From positions 10,437-74,436 of the forward strand of contig JAZKXW010000053.1 of assembly GCA_045611825.1 (NCBI GenBank): 64,000 nt of DNA. The letters run 5' to 3'. Position numbers and translations under genes: made by a program. Positions 1-9,431 of the stretch are shown here, in pieces. Positions within the stretch are counted from its first letter, which is position 1; the number at the start of each line of letters is the position of its first letter. This stretch comes from Faecousia sp. GTDB taxonomy: Bacteria; Bacillota; Clostridia; Oscillospirales; Oscillospiraceae. The notes under the pieces are model-generated. The model did no database searches and was not told the origin of the DNA. It saw only the letters and a list, made by a program, of their open reading frames with translations.

Positions 1-15
1 ACCAATGCCTGCTCC

Positions 16-1959
16 GTGTTCAACACAGTAGAGGGCAAGATCACCCATGAATATGAAGCAAATTCCTCTCAGACCGACGTTATGTATATCTATAAGGATA
101 AGCTGTATGCCGGTAACTACAATGCCGCTGTCCTGACCCAGATCAATCTGACGGACGAGAGAAGAAATGTTTCTCTTCTGAGCTTGAAGTCCCTGTATGA
201 GCAGGCTCGTATCCATGTGATCACCGGTGGTGACGACTATATCTTCTGTGGCTCTGTCCCGGATCAGTATAAGTACGGCGGCTGCCTTGCTTGGGTAAAT
301 CTGGAGAATCTGGAAGAGAAGGTCGTGATCCGCAATGCGGTGCAGGATCAGTCCATTGTGGCGTTGGCTTATCATGATGGCTTGGTCTATGCCGGCTCCT
401 GTGTGACCGGCGGTACCTCTTCTGCAGATCGTATGGATCTGTCTGCAAAGATCGTTATTTACGATGTGTCGCGTGGAGAAGAGGGGAAACTTATCGAGAT
501 TGATCCCCATGATTACGTTGATGGCCTGCCTGCCCGGTTGAGCGGTATTGACGCCATGTTTGCCGATCCCGATGTTGCCACAAATGGTAAGATCTGGGTT
601 CACATGGGCTCAAGACTTTTGTGCCTGAAGTATAACAAGGCCACCAATAAGGTCACCCTGACCGAGGAACTGTGCTATGACACAGCCAATCAAGGCGGTG
701 GTTGGCGTCCCATGGCACCTGTGTTAGAGGGCAATTATGTATATATCGGTTTCGGTCAGAAGGGTGGTCTGCGGAAGATCAATCTGAAGGATCTTACTGA
801 CAATGTACAGCTCCCTGTTCCCGGCAATAAGAAGTTCACCATTGCCGATGATGGATGTGTTTATTACGCCAACATGGGCAGCCTGATAATGTATCCTCTG
901 AATGTGACGGATGCGGACTGGGCCATTGCCGGCAAGGTGGATGACATGATCGCAGCTTTGGGCAATATTACACTTGCTTCCGAGTCTGCAGTCAAGGCTG
1001 CCCGCGCAGCCTATGAAGCCCTTGGCAACAAGCACAAGGCGCTGATCCAGAACATCTACGATCTGGAAGCGGCAGAGAACGATCTGCTGGAATGCAAGAT
1101 CGATTCCATTGGCGAGGTGACCATGGAGGATGGCGCACTGATCAATGAGATCCGTGTTACCTATAAGGCACTGAGCGTGAAGAACCGTTCTTATGTCAAG
1201 AACTATACAACGGTCTTTGCCGAGGCTCTGAAGCGGTACAATGCCCTTGTTGACTCCGCAGAGGCGGTAAAGGTTCAGAAGCTGATCGACGGCATTAAGA
1301 ACCTGGGCGAGATCACCTTGGAAAAGGAAGAAGCCATTAGAGCGATCCGCGCAGAATACGACAAGCTGACCAAGCCTCAGAGAGATATGGTCAATGCAAA
1401 GGCTCTGCTGGATGCGGAAGCGATCATTAAAAAGCTGCGTCTGGAGAAGGTGGAGTTCCTGAAGCAGCTGATTGCGTCCATCGGCGAGGTGACGCTGGAA
1501 GATGAGCCTGTGATCGACGAGGCCGTGACGATTTACGAATGGCTGACCATGGATGAGCGTAAACTTGTAAATTACGAAACGCTGATTGCCGCAAAGAACC
1601 AACTTGCAAAACTGCAGAAGGAAGCGGCCGCCAATGTGGATACTTTGATCGGACAGATTGGCGATGAGATCACCTTGGACTCCAAGGATGCCATTGAAGC
1701 AGCCCGGAAAGCATACGATGCGCTGACACCCGGTTCCAAGAAACTGGTAAAGTCTTTGCAGCAATTGCTGGATGCGGAAGCGATCTACGCTGACCTTGTC
1801 AAGGCGCAGACAATGACCGTTATCATTATCGTTGTTGCGGCAGTTGTTGTTCTGGCAGCGGCGGCAGTTGTGACGGTCCTGCTGATCCGGAAGAAGAAAA
1901 ATGCTGCTCCTGCAACCGCAGAAGAGGCAGAAGAAACACCTGCAGAACCCGAGGCATAA
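16..1959 (+). CDS. Membrane-anchored surface protein (5' truncated by window edge) with repeated helical units
   Basis: Repeats of type IGEVTLE..I..AR..Y..LT..Q..LV; C-terminal hydrophobic TM followed by RKKK; ORF open to window start. Confidence 0.7.
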   Translation: MFNTVEGKITHEYEANSSQTDVMYIYKDKLYAGNYNAAVLTQINLTDERRNVSLLSLKSLYEQARIHVITGGDDYIFCGSVPDQYKYGGCLAWVNLENLEEKVVIRNAVQDQSIVALAYHDGLVYAGSCVTGGTSSADRMDLSAKIVIYDVSRGEEGKLIEIDPHDYVDGLPARLSGIDAMFADPDVATNGKIWVHMGSRLLCLKYNKATNKVTLTEELCYDTANQGGGWRPMAPVLEGNYVYIGFGQKGGLRKINLKDLTDNVQLPVPGNKKFTIADDGCVYYANMGSLIMYPLNVTDADWAIAGKVDDMIAALGNITLASESAVKAARAAYEALGNKHKALIQNIYDLEAAENDLLECKIDSIGEVTMEDGALINEIRVTYKALSVKNRSYVKNYTTVFAEALKRYNALVDSAEAVKVQKLIDGIKNLGEITLEKEEAIRAIRAEYDKLTKPQRDMVNAKALLDAEAIIKKLRLEKVEFLKQLIASIGEVTLEDEPVIDEAVTIYEWLTMDERKLVNYETLIAAKNQLAKLQKEAAANVDTLIGQIGDEITLDSKDAIEAARKAYDALTPGSKKLVKSLQQLLDAEAIYADLVKAQTMTVIIIVVAAVVVLAAAAVVTVLLIRKKKNAAPATAEEAEETPAEPEA

Positions 1960-1969
1960 GTCCTGAATA

Positions 1970-2010
1970 AAAGCAAGGCAAGCACATTTGTGCTTGCCTT
2001 GCTTTGTTTT
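1970..2010 (+). terminator. Intrinsic terminator
   Basis: aaagcaaggcaagcaca-tt-tgtgcttgccttgcttt hairpin with T tract after the stop. Confidence 0.75.
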
Positions 2011-2056
2011 TGTGATAGAATAACAGAAAGAAATTATATTCCGAAAGGAAAACGGT

Positions 2057-2662
2057 ATGGAATTTCATGAAAAGTTACAAGAACTTCGCAAGCAAAGGAA
2101 CTTGACTCAGGAAGAACTTGCCGAAGCTCTTTATGTGTCCAGAACAGCAATTTCCAAGTGGGAGTCGGGGAGGGGATACCCCAATATTGACTCATTAAAA
2201 GCCATTGCAAAATTCTTTCAGGTAACGGTAGATGAGCTGCTGTCCGGTGAGGAACTGCTGACCATTGCTGAAAATGACCAAAAGCAAAAAGAGGGCAATG
2301 CCCGGGATCTGGTATTCGGTTTGCTGGATGTCAGTGTCGCTATGCTGCTGGTTTTGCCAATTTTTGCCCAGAGGGCAGGGGAACGGGTTTTGTCTGTTTC
2401 CTTGTTGGCGCTATCTGCTGTTTCACTGTGGCTGAAGATTGTGTTCTATGTGCTTGTGATTGGGTCATCGATTCTTGGTGTTTTGCTCCTTGCGCTGCAA
2501 AATTGTGAGTGCGCATGTTGGATGAGAAACAAGTATAAAATCTCAATGGTTTTATCTGTGGTCTGTGTCGCTTGGTTTACTGTGAGCTTACAGCCCTATC
2601 CGGCAATTTTTCTGCTTTTATTTTTGATCATTAAGGCATTTCTGCTACTGAAAAAACAATGA
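2057..2662 (+). CDS. XRE HTH regulator with C-terminal membrane domain
   Basis: LRKQRNLTQEELAEALYVSRTAISKWESGRGYP motif plus about 4 TM segments. Confidence 0.85.
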   Translation: MEFHEKLQELRKQRNLTQEELAEALYVSRTAISKWESGRGYPNIDSLKAIAKFFQVTVDELLSGEELLTIAENDQKQKEGNARDLVFGLLDVSVAMLLVLPIFAQRAGERVLSVSLLALSAVSLWLKIVFYVLVIGSSILGVLLLALQNCECACWMRNKYKISMVLSVVCVAWFTVSLQPYPAIFLLLFLIIKAFLLLKKQ

Positions 2663-2760
2663 CACGATTCGTGCCGTCCTTGTGACGGCACGTTTCTTGT
2701 TTTCGGAGATACTTGCTTGTAATTTGTTCTTGTCAAATACAAGAAAGGCAGGTATCCTCA

Positions 2761-3399
2761 ATGAATCACAAAAGAAAAACATACATCTTGCTTGGTATCG
2801 TCTGCTTACTGCTGTTTGCGCTGTGGACGCATTTGCTGTCCTTTGTGGATGTGCAGGTGATTGGACCGCAAAATTCCTCAGTTGGCTTTGCAGCGGTCAA
2901 TCAATGGTTTCATAATCTGACTGGTGTCCATATGCTCCTTTATACTGTCACCGACTGGGCCGGACTGGTACCGGTTGCCTTCGGCTTCGGTTTTGCGATC
3001 CTCGGTCTTGTACAATGGATCAAGAGGAAACATATCCTGAAAGTGGATCGGAGTATCCTTGCACTAGGTGTGTTCTATATTGCGGTGCTGGCGGTTTATC
3101 TTTTCTTTGAACAGTGTGTGGTAAACCGCAGACCGGTGCTGATTAACGGCTATCTGGAAGCATCTTATCCTTCGTCTACAACATTGCTTGTAATGTGCGT
3201 GATGCCAACTGCTTTATCGCAATTACGCGAGCGTATTCGTAATAGAAAGTTAAGGCAATGGGTGACGATGTTGGTTGTTGCATTTATCACCTTCATGGTT
3301 ATAGGAAGGCTGGTTTCCGGTGTCCATTGGTTCTCTGATATTGTCGGCGGCGCTCTTCTTAGCGCAGGACTCGTGACTTTATATTATTCTGCAATATAA
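2761..3399 (+). CDS. PAP2-family membrane phosphatase
   Basis: RP, SYPSS and GRLVSGVHWFSDIVGG motifs; multiple TMs. Confidence 0.8.
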   Translation: MNHKRKTYILLGIVCLLLFALWTHLLSFVDVQVIGPQNSSVGFAAVNQWFHNLTGVHMLLYTVTDWAGLVPVAFGFGFAILGLVQWIKRKHILKVDRSILALGVFYIAVLAVYLFFEQCVVNRRPVLINGYLEASYPSSTTLLVMCVMPTALSQLRERIRNRKLRQWVTMLVVAFITFMVIGRLVSGVHWFSDIVGGALLSAGLVTLYYSAI

Positions 3400-3432
3400 G
3401 ATCCCGGGAGTCATATCGACTCCCGGGATCTT
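3398..3432. terminator. Bidirectional terminator between convergent genes
   Basis: aagatcccgggagtc-atatc-gactcccgggatctt perfect 15-bp stem. Confidence 0.75.
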
Positions 3433-3441
3433 TGTAAAGAA

Positions 3442-4326
3442 TCAAAGGGTTATATGCGCTGTCTGGACTGATGGGACACAAGGACGTGCGGCATCATCTA
3501 ACGAAGGGTTACCGGATTGCTCATTGTCGATTCCAAGATAGAAGGAGGATTCCATGCCTTCAATATCGATGGTCGTTCCATCCAATGTGATAATTGCGTG
3601 GAGGGGATCGTTGAAAACAAGATAACCCATTTTCTTATTACATTCAGGGTACAAAGTGTGGGGATGGTTCAGTGCCTCAAAGGTCGCAGAGTTGAAGTCG
3701 AAATAGCATACACCGTCAAGAATCCGTATGTAGTCACGGTGATAATGTCCGTTGATACACATGAGGACCGTGTGAGGCTTTCTCTTGTTAGCGGCATTGA
3801 TGATATCCAACACTTGCTGCCGGTTTTTTACACCATCAGGGCGCTCAAATGACTGGTGACTGATAATGATGCAGGAACCTTCTGCTGTTGCAAGGGTTTC
3901 TTCCAGCCATTTCAGTTGATCCGGGGGGATGTGGTCACGGCTTTTGCCAAAATAATTGGAGAGGGAAAAGTTGATATATTCGCCATCTTCCAGATAGTAA
4001 TTCGGGTTCATAATAATGAACCGATAGCCGCCATTATCAAAGAAATAATAGCCGTTGGGCATGTTGTAATGCTGCAGTACTTCTTCGTATGAAGTATGAT
4101 CGGCATCGTGATTGCCCAGACAGTTATAGGTTGGGACTTTTAAGTTATTATAAGCCTTTGTGAAATCCGGATTGTCGGTGGGGCCGTGAGTCAGGTCGCC
4201 TGCGTGGATAATAAAATCACATGCATTTTCGATGGCTCGCTTTTCAAAGAGCGCAAGGTCTTCCAAACATCCGCCTTGAAAGATACCCGGGTAATGATGA
4301 AGATCAGAAAAAAGAAGAAATTTCAT
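3442..4326 (-). CDS. Calcineurin-like metallophosphoesterase
   Basis: DLH, GDL, GNHD, SH and GHYH motifs. Confidence 0.9.
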   Translation of the reverse strand: MKFLLFSDLHHYPGIFQGGCLEDLALFEKRAIENACDFIIHAGDLTHGPTDNPDFTKAYNNLKVPTYNCLGNHDADHTSYEEVLQHYNMPNGYYFFDNGGYRFIIMNPNYYLEDGEYINFSLSNYFGKSRDHIPPDQLKWLEETLATAEGSCIIISHQSFERPDGVKNRQQVLDIINAANKRKPHTVLMCINGHYHRDYIRILDGVCYFDFNSATFEALNHPHTLYPECNKKMGYLVFNDPLHAIITLDGTTIDIEGMESSFYLGIDNEQSGNPSLDDAARPCVPSVQTAHITL

Positions 4327-4528
4327 AACAGAGGTCCTCCGTCAAAAATTAACAGTATCACCTTTAAGTATAAACTACGTATATGATTTGTCAATGGATA
4401 CGGCAACGAAAAAGTTTCGGATTCAGTAAGCTTAAAAAAATCCCGGCTACAGACGGCTTGAAGTCAACGCCCCTCGTACAAAAAGAACACGCTCCAAACG
4501 GAACGGGCTCTGAAATGTGCACAGCAGA

Positions 4529-4541
4529 TTATCTCTTGGAG
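4529..4541 (-). repeat. Remnant of rpsI 3' end (old att scar)
   Basis: ttatctcttggag, identical to 6611-6623 and 6767-6779; encodes S-K-R-stop on the minus strand. Confidence 0.55.
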
Positions 4542-4691
4542 TTTTAAGAACGCCGTTCGATATCGTGAATAGCGTGAAATATCGTGTGATATCGTAGCCT
4601 TATCGTGTGTTTTCGTACGATTTCGTGAACATCGTGAGTATCGTCTCATAAAATGTTGCACCAAATTTGCACCAAAATCACACCGAGATTT

Positions 4692-5279
4692 TCAAGCATT
4701 CAAAGTCCTAAATAACAGCTTCTTGCTTCGCAAAAGGTTCATGCCAAGCAAAAATACAATTACGCACACGGCAGAGCCGAGGGTAGCGTTCATAATTACA
4801 ATTTCTACTTCGGTCATTCCCTCGAATGAAACAAGCATTGAGCGTTGCAATGCGAATATCGATACGAAAGCATCCGCAAAGGATATGTTTCGTAGTGTGA
4901 TAAGAGTTGCTGATGTACTGCGGCGAGCTTTTATGAGCTTTATCGTCGCAAGCGTAATCTTTGTAAAAGCATACGCCGCCATTGCTATCATCACGATCAT
5001 ATGAAGCTCGTGACCTCTATCTCGCACCACCGAAAGTATAACAGTTCCGGCAAGGGGGATAGATAATATTATAAGCATCCACCCCGTAAACTTGGCAATG
5101 AAACGCTCTTTGGATTTGGAGCGTAGCACCACAAAGCGTACAATGCTTAAAACAAGATAGTACGAGCCAAGCGTTAATAACCACCACGAGCTTGTAAGCA
5201 ATCCCATTACAATGTGGTAGGTTGCAAACGCTATGTTGAATGACAGACTTGCGAGAGTAAGCTTCAATGTTCTATCCAT
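4692..5279 (-). CDS. Hypothetical multi-pass membrane protein
   Basis: About 6 hydrophobic segments; overlaps the upstream TetR gene. Confidence 0.7.
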   Translation of the reverse strand: MDRTLKLTLASLSFNIAFATYHIVMGLLTSSWWLLTLGSYYLVLSIVRFVVLRSKSKERFIAKFTGWMLIILSIPLAGTVILSVVRDRGHELHMIVMIAMAAYAFTKITLATIKLIKARRSTSATLITLRNISFADAFVSIFALQRSMLVSFEGMTEVEIVIMNATLGSAVCVIVFLLGMNLLRSKKLLFRTLNA

Positions 5280-5868
5280 TGATATTCCTCTCACCCATCA
5301 CGCAATCGATGATGACCTTGATAACTGTTGCCGTATCGTCAGAGCAGTTCTTATCAAGCCATTCCATAACAATAGCATATATGCCGGTTAGATAGAATTT
5401 AATTACATAGGCACGCTCCTTTTCGGGAACATAGAAACATTCAAGAATGGGGTTGAAAATGTGTTCGAACATTTTGCTATACACCTCAGCCATATTCAAT
5501 GAGTTGAACTGTTTGATAGACACCCTAAATAAACGCTGATTGTCCTTGATAAACATCAAATACGGCACAAGATACTCATATGTGATAAACAAAAGTTCCT
5601 CACGCTTGCAGGTTTCAAATTGCAGAGATATGCGTTTCTGGTCTATTTCGTAGTATGCGAGGTGTTTGTTAATAATATAGCGTGTGGTTTCCTTTAGCAA
5701 ATCCGAGGTGTTCTCATAATGCAAATAAAAGGTTGAACGGTTAACCCCTGCAGTATCACATATCTCCTTAATGGTGATATATTCAAAGTCCTTCTTCTCA
5801 AGTAACGTAATGAGGGCTTCGTCCATTTTTATTGCCGTATTAAAGTATTTGCTTTCGTTCTTGTTCAT
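5272..5868 (-). CDS. TetR/AcrR-family regulator
   Basis: ITIKEICDTAGVNRSTFYLHY HTH motif. Confidence 0.9.
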   Translation of the reverse strand: MNKNESKYFNTAIKMDEALITLLEKKDFEYITIKEICDTAGVNRSTFYLHYENTSDLLKETTRYIINKHLAYYEIDQKRISLQFETCKREELLFITYEYLVPYLMFIKDNQRLFRVSIKQFNSLNMAEVYSKMFEHIFNPILECFYVPEKERAYVIKFYLTGIYAIVMEWLDKNCSDDTATVIKVIIDCVMGERNING

Positions 5869-5889
5869 AAGACCGCCCTCCGTGAATGC

Positions 5890-6243
5890 TTATTTGTTCT
5901 CGCTAATCTCTCTCGCAAGCTCCACAATCTCATAGGCGTACTTCTTCTTGCCGTTCTCAAGCATCTTTTTATAGATAGGATAGTTCGCGCCGCATCCTAT
6001 CATACCGATAATACCGACGATAATACCAATCACCATACCGATAATACCGCTACCGAGAACTTGCATTGCAAAACACATTCCCGTGCCCAACACGAGCGAT
6101 GAAATGATGCCGAAGGTGTAGGTAAAAATAGTTGCAGGCATCTTTGCTTTTCTGTCGAGCTTGCGAAGTGCTACGATTTTGGAGCTGTTCTTTGGAGCGT
6201 ACTCCTTTGCAATGGATTCTGCGTAAATTTTGTCTGTGTTCAT
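5890..6243 (-). CDS. Conserved two-TM membrane protein of Clostridia
   Basis: K..ALRKLDRKAK.PA.IF followed by two TMs. Confidence 0.7.
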   Translation of the reverse strand: MNTDKIYAESIAKEYAPKNSSKIVALRKLDRKAKMPATIFTYTFGIISSLVLGTGMCFAMQVLGSGIIGMVIGIIVGIIGMIGCGANYPIYKKMLENGKKKYAYEIVELAREISENK

Positions 6244-6610
6244 TTTGTTTCTCCTTTTCGGTTGTTTTGTTGTGACTTTGTTATACCAACCGACAGAGTA
6301 AAACGGAACAACAAGATTTGCGTTATGAGTTGATTTAAGTAAATTATATCATAAAATCCCAAAATTGAAATAGGACGGTTCAATTCATTACAAATTGAAC
6401 CGCCCTTTTTGATTAAAGCAAATCGTGATCGCTTGATTCAGCCATCTTGGCTTTGTATTCATCGAAAATTTGAACGTAGATATTAGAAGTAATTTCGGTG
6501 TTACAATGTCCGAGGTGCTTGGAAATAGCTGTAACGTCATATCCGTTGTAAAACAAAAAACTCTGCCATAGCAGAGCTTTTTGCATATCGACATAATCCC
6601 AAACGGGTAA

Positions 6611-6628
6611 TTATCTCTTGGAGAACTG
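6611..6628 (-). repeat. Second remnant of rpsI 3' end (Q-F-S-K-R-stop)
   Basis: gtaattatctcttggagaactg is identical at 6607-6628 and 6763-6784. Confidence 0.75.
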
Positions 6629-6637
6629 TTGGCGCGT

Positions 6638-6668
6638 TAAGAAAACATGCCGGGGGCATGTTTTTAGC
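6638..6668. repeat. REP-like palindrome
   Basis: aaaacatgcc-ggg-ggcatgtttt inverted repeat. Confidence 0.4.
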
Positions 6669-6766
6669 GTCAACCGCAGCGGCTATGCCGCGAGGACCGC
6701 ACATCAGTTTGAAAAAAGTCCCGAAAGCCGTAGTGGCTTCCGGGACATAAAATCCAAAAGTAGTAA

Positions 6767-6816
6767 TTATCTCTTGGAGAACTGAGGTGCGCGACGAGCG
6801 GCCTTCAAGCCGTACT
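6767..6816 (-). pseudogene. rpsI: Displaced 3' end of rpsI (left att junction)
   Basis: Reverse complement encodes [15 protein letters not shown], the same peptide as the C-terminus of rpsI at 60862-60911. Confidence 0.92.
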
Positions 6817-6877
6817 ACTTGAAGCCAAACAAGAAAAGTTCCCTATTCCCAACGGGTTTTCCGTTTTGTTTTCACAA

Positions 6878-6900
6878 TGAACCTCAAACTGAACCTCAAA
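6878..6900 (+). repeat. Integrase arm-type sites (left)
   Basis: TGAACCTCAAA twice; the same motif recurs at 60700-60762. Confidence 0.75.
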
Positions 6901-8092
6901 CTGGGGTATCTTGAAAAGCCATATTCACTTTTGAGATAAGATCCTTTGGGCGGTTGTAGGTTAGGTGTGCGTAAATATCCAATGTGATCTTTGCGTTTTC
7001 GTGCCCGGCCAGAGCCTGGACAGTTTTAACATCCACGCCTGCCAGCAGCAGGTTCGTGATGTAGGTGTGCCGCAGCTGATGGGGTGTAACATGGAAATCG
7101 ATACTGTAAACGACTTTGCTGTTATGCGCTGCAGCTTCACCGAGAACCGGCTGCACCACATGCTTTGTCTTTACGCCGTCCTTGTACCGGTAGTAGACCC
7201 GTTCTTCTGCGGTCCGGGTCGTGATATACTTCCATAGCCGCTGCCACTGTGTTCCGGACAACGGCTCCCCATCCCGGTTGGCAATGACATAATCGGAGAT
7301 CGAAGCTTCCTTGACGGCCTTCAGATGCCGCACAAGCTGTGGCGGTATCGGGATCGTGCGCCGGGAAGCTTTGGTTTTCAGATCGTGAGTAACCACAGGG
7401 CGGTTGTTCTCAATGTGCCAGGCACGATCCACATAAATGTGCGGTGCTGCATCGTCGAGGAAAACACAGTCCCATTGCAGAGCCAGAGCCTCTTCCCGGC
7501 GCAGACCGGAATATAGGCAGACCAGGACAAAGGTGTACGGGGGCAATCCTCTGATTGCATCAAGAAGGGTTTGCACCTGCTTTTCGGTGAGCGCCTTTTT
7601 CTCCTTGGCGCTCTTGCCGCCTTTTGGATCCAAGTCCTCACACGGCGAATGATCTATGATGTCGCTTTTGTATGCCGAGTAGAAAATGGACTTGTAGAGC
7701 ATCTGGACACTCCGGTAGATGGAAGCGGATCTTTCTGCCGCTTTGGTGATCGCCATATTTACATCGTCCGGGGTAACATCGGCCATATACTTATCACCGA
7801 GAGGTTCGATGATGTAATTCTTGACCTTTGAGGTGTAGTCGGCCAATGTGGTTTTGCGGACGTGTGCGGATCTCATTACGAGCCATTTTTCGGCATAGTC
7901 TTTGACGGTGGGGTTCTCCCGGCGAAAAACCGCTTCCTCGATCTCCCGTTCGGCCAGCTTGATTTTCATAGTCAGCTCGTCCGGATCCTTGGCATAGAGG
8001 GCAACATACTTTCCGTCGCTGTCCTTGATCCGCTTACGGTATTGATTTCGACTGGGTACCCATTCGTAGGTTGGTTTTTTAGGGCGGGCCAT
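6896..8092 (-). CDS. int: Tyrosine integrase
   Basis: SGLRREE (R), KTK, HQLRH, AGH and IY catalytic motifs; adjacent to att. Confidence 0.95.
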   Translation of the reverse strand: MARPKKPTYEWVPSRNQYRKRIKDSDGKYVALYAKDPDELTMKIKLAEREIEEAVFRRENPTVKDYAEKWLVMRSAHVRKTTLADYTSKVKNYIIEPLGDKYMADVTPDDVNMAITKAAERSASIYRSVQMLYKSIFYSAYKSDIIDHSPCEDLDPKGGKSAKEKKALTEKQVQTLLDAIRGLPPYTFVLVCLYSGLRREEALALQWDCVFLDDAAPHIYVDRAWHIENNRPVVTHDLKTKASRRTIPIPPQLVRHLKAVKEASISDYVIANRDGEPLSGTQWQRLWKYITTRTAEERVYYRYKDGVKTKHVVQPVLGEAAAHNSKVVYSIDFHVTPHQLRHTYITNLLLAGVDVKTVQALAGHENAKITLDIYAHLTYNRPKDLISKVNMAFQDTPV

Positions 8093-8361
8093 TGGAACCT
8101 CCTTTTTAGCTTGCGCCCTGTACCCGGCTATGCTATAATAGCAGGGCAAGGCTGTGATCTGTGAGAGGGTCTATGCTGGGCATCTGCCGTCCATGGTGTT
8201 GGCGCACCATGGGCGGCTCCTTCTATTTTAGGATCTCTAATTACGAGATTATCATAGTTGCAGATATAGGTTAGCATTAGTATAGCAATAGAATAGAATA
8301 GCTACGCGTGCGAGCGCACGCGCACGCGTGTATACGCGCGCGAGAGAAATGCCACTGTGTT

Positions 8362-8625
8362 TTAGTCATTGGAGAGCCGGACCGCTGTTCCAATACCACA
8401 CAAATTCATTCCGTTCATTTCCATGCTGACGGAAATAATGGCATCGGCTCCAAGATCTGCCGCTTCCTGTTTAAGAACCTCACAAACACCGTCGACACCG
8501 GCTTTCCATCCTCGCTGCGTTGCTTTGTTCCCTCCGGGAAGTGCTGCAACCACGGCACCGGATACGATACCAAGATAGCTGGCGATCTGACGGCCTTCAA
8601 TGTTGGGGGATGTTGTAATAATCAT
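8362..8625 (-). CDS. YbjQ/UPF0145-family protein
   Basis: MIITTSPNIEGRQIASYLGIVSG...A..LGADAIISV...GTAV. Confidence 0.75.
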   Translation of the reverse strand: MIITTSPNIEGRQIASYLGIVSGAVVAALPGGNKATQRGWKAGVDGVCEVLKQEAADLGADAIISVSMEMNGMNLCGIGTAVRLSND

Positions 8626-8792
8626 AAAGCACCTTCCTATGTGATTTCGCAAAGGATCCACCAAGGGATCCCCTATACATTATAGCGCATGTCGTTGTCA
8701 GTCGAATGTTATATTTTTTCTATTTTCCCAAAACGGGAATTTTCTATGCTATAATGGGCTTGCCGGCAGTACCCACGAAAGGAGAAAGCTCT

Positions 8793-8918
8793 ATGAAGCA
8801 GGATCAACCCAAGCCCAGCCTGAAGGAGATCTTGGCAGCGGAATTGTTTGCCAAGCTGTCGGAGTCTGCCCAGGATATGATTATTGAACAGCTAAAAGCC
8901 CTTTTATCGAAGCAATGA
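8793..8918 (+). CDS. 41-aa peptide resembling the repressor C-terminus (candidate antirepressor)
   Basis: AAAGGAG RBS and upstream TGCTATAAT; ELFAKLSESAQDMIIEQLKALL versus repressor ELFDMLNEEQQAFIIASIKGLL. Confidence 0.6.
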   Translation: MKQDQPKPSLKEILAAELFAKLSESAQDMIIEQLKALLSKQ

Positions 8919-9255
8919 TAAATGCCTGCTGTTCTTCGTTCAGCATATCAAAGAGTTCAATATACTCCGCCTTACGCCCATCGCTGTTTGCAGCGGTGGG
9001 CGTTACGCTTCTTTCCATAGGAACATCGTAGCCCATCAGCCATGCTTCGGAAACATTGAGAGCCAGACCGAGGATGGTCAGCTTTTCCTGTCCGGGCTCG
9101 GTCTTTCCGGACACATACTGGCTAAGAGTGTTCTTTCCAAGGTTGACACCATACCGCTGACAAAACGGCTGCGCAGCACGAACAATGTCGGCTTGTCGGA
9201 TCTGCCGCTTATCCATAATTTGTTGTAGACGCTCGCTTGTTGTGTAAGGCTTCAT
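8881..9255 (-). CDS. CI-like XRE repressor (no S24 peptidase domain)
   Basis: RQADIV...LSQYVSGKTEP...LALNVSEAWLMGYDVPM; divergent from the Cro-like gene. Confidence 0.88.
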   Translation of the reverse strand: MKPYTTSERLQQIMDKRQIRQADIVRAAQPFCQRYGVNLGKNTLSQYVSGKTEPGQEKLTILGLALNVSEAWLMGYDVPMERSVTPTAANSDGRKAEYIELFDMLNEEQQAFIIASIKGLLAVQ

Positions 9256-9329
9256 AGCTTTGCCCTCCCTCTTGATATGCCAATAGTATACACCATATTG
9301 AATAAAAGTTCAACAGCAAAAATAAAAAA

Positions 9330-9407
9330 GTTCTAATTTTTTGAACTTGCCTATTGCATTTTTGAATTTAGTGTGTTATATTGCTAACAGGTTCAACGCC
9401 TATGAAC
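9330..9407. promoter_or_regulatory. Immunity operators GTTC-N9-GAAC
   Basis: Copies at 9330-9346 and 9391-9407, and a third at 9642-9658. Confidence 0.7.
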
Positions 9408-9431
9408 TTGTACGAAAGGAGGAAATCACAC

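Noticed and set aside
4453-4463. acggcttgaag matching the rpsI att region
   Set aside because: Only 11 nt and in the opposite orientation to the other scars; may be chance.
4555-4650. CRISPR array
   Set aside because: Short degenerate 10-nt periodicity with no unique spacers and no cas genes; no CRISPR array seen anywhere in the window.
8280-8348. atagaatag repeats followed by an alternating (CG/CA) tract
   Set aside because: Could be a remnant of a replication-gene iteron region or Z-DNA-prone sequence, but nothing else supports a function; the overlapping ORF 8308-8685 looks spurious.
9300-9311. gaataaaagttc as a LexA/DinR box (GAAC-N4-GTTC)
   Set aside because: One mismatch, and the GTTC half can be explained as a phage operator half-site; not enough to claim SOS control.
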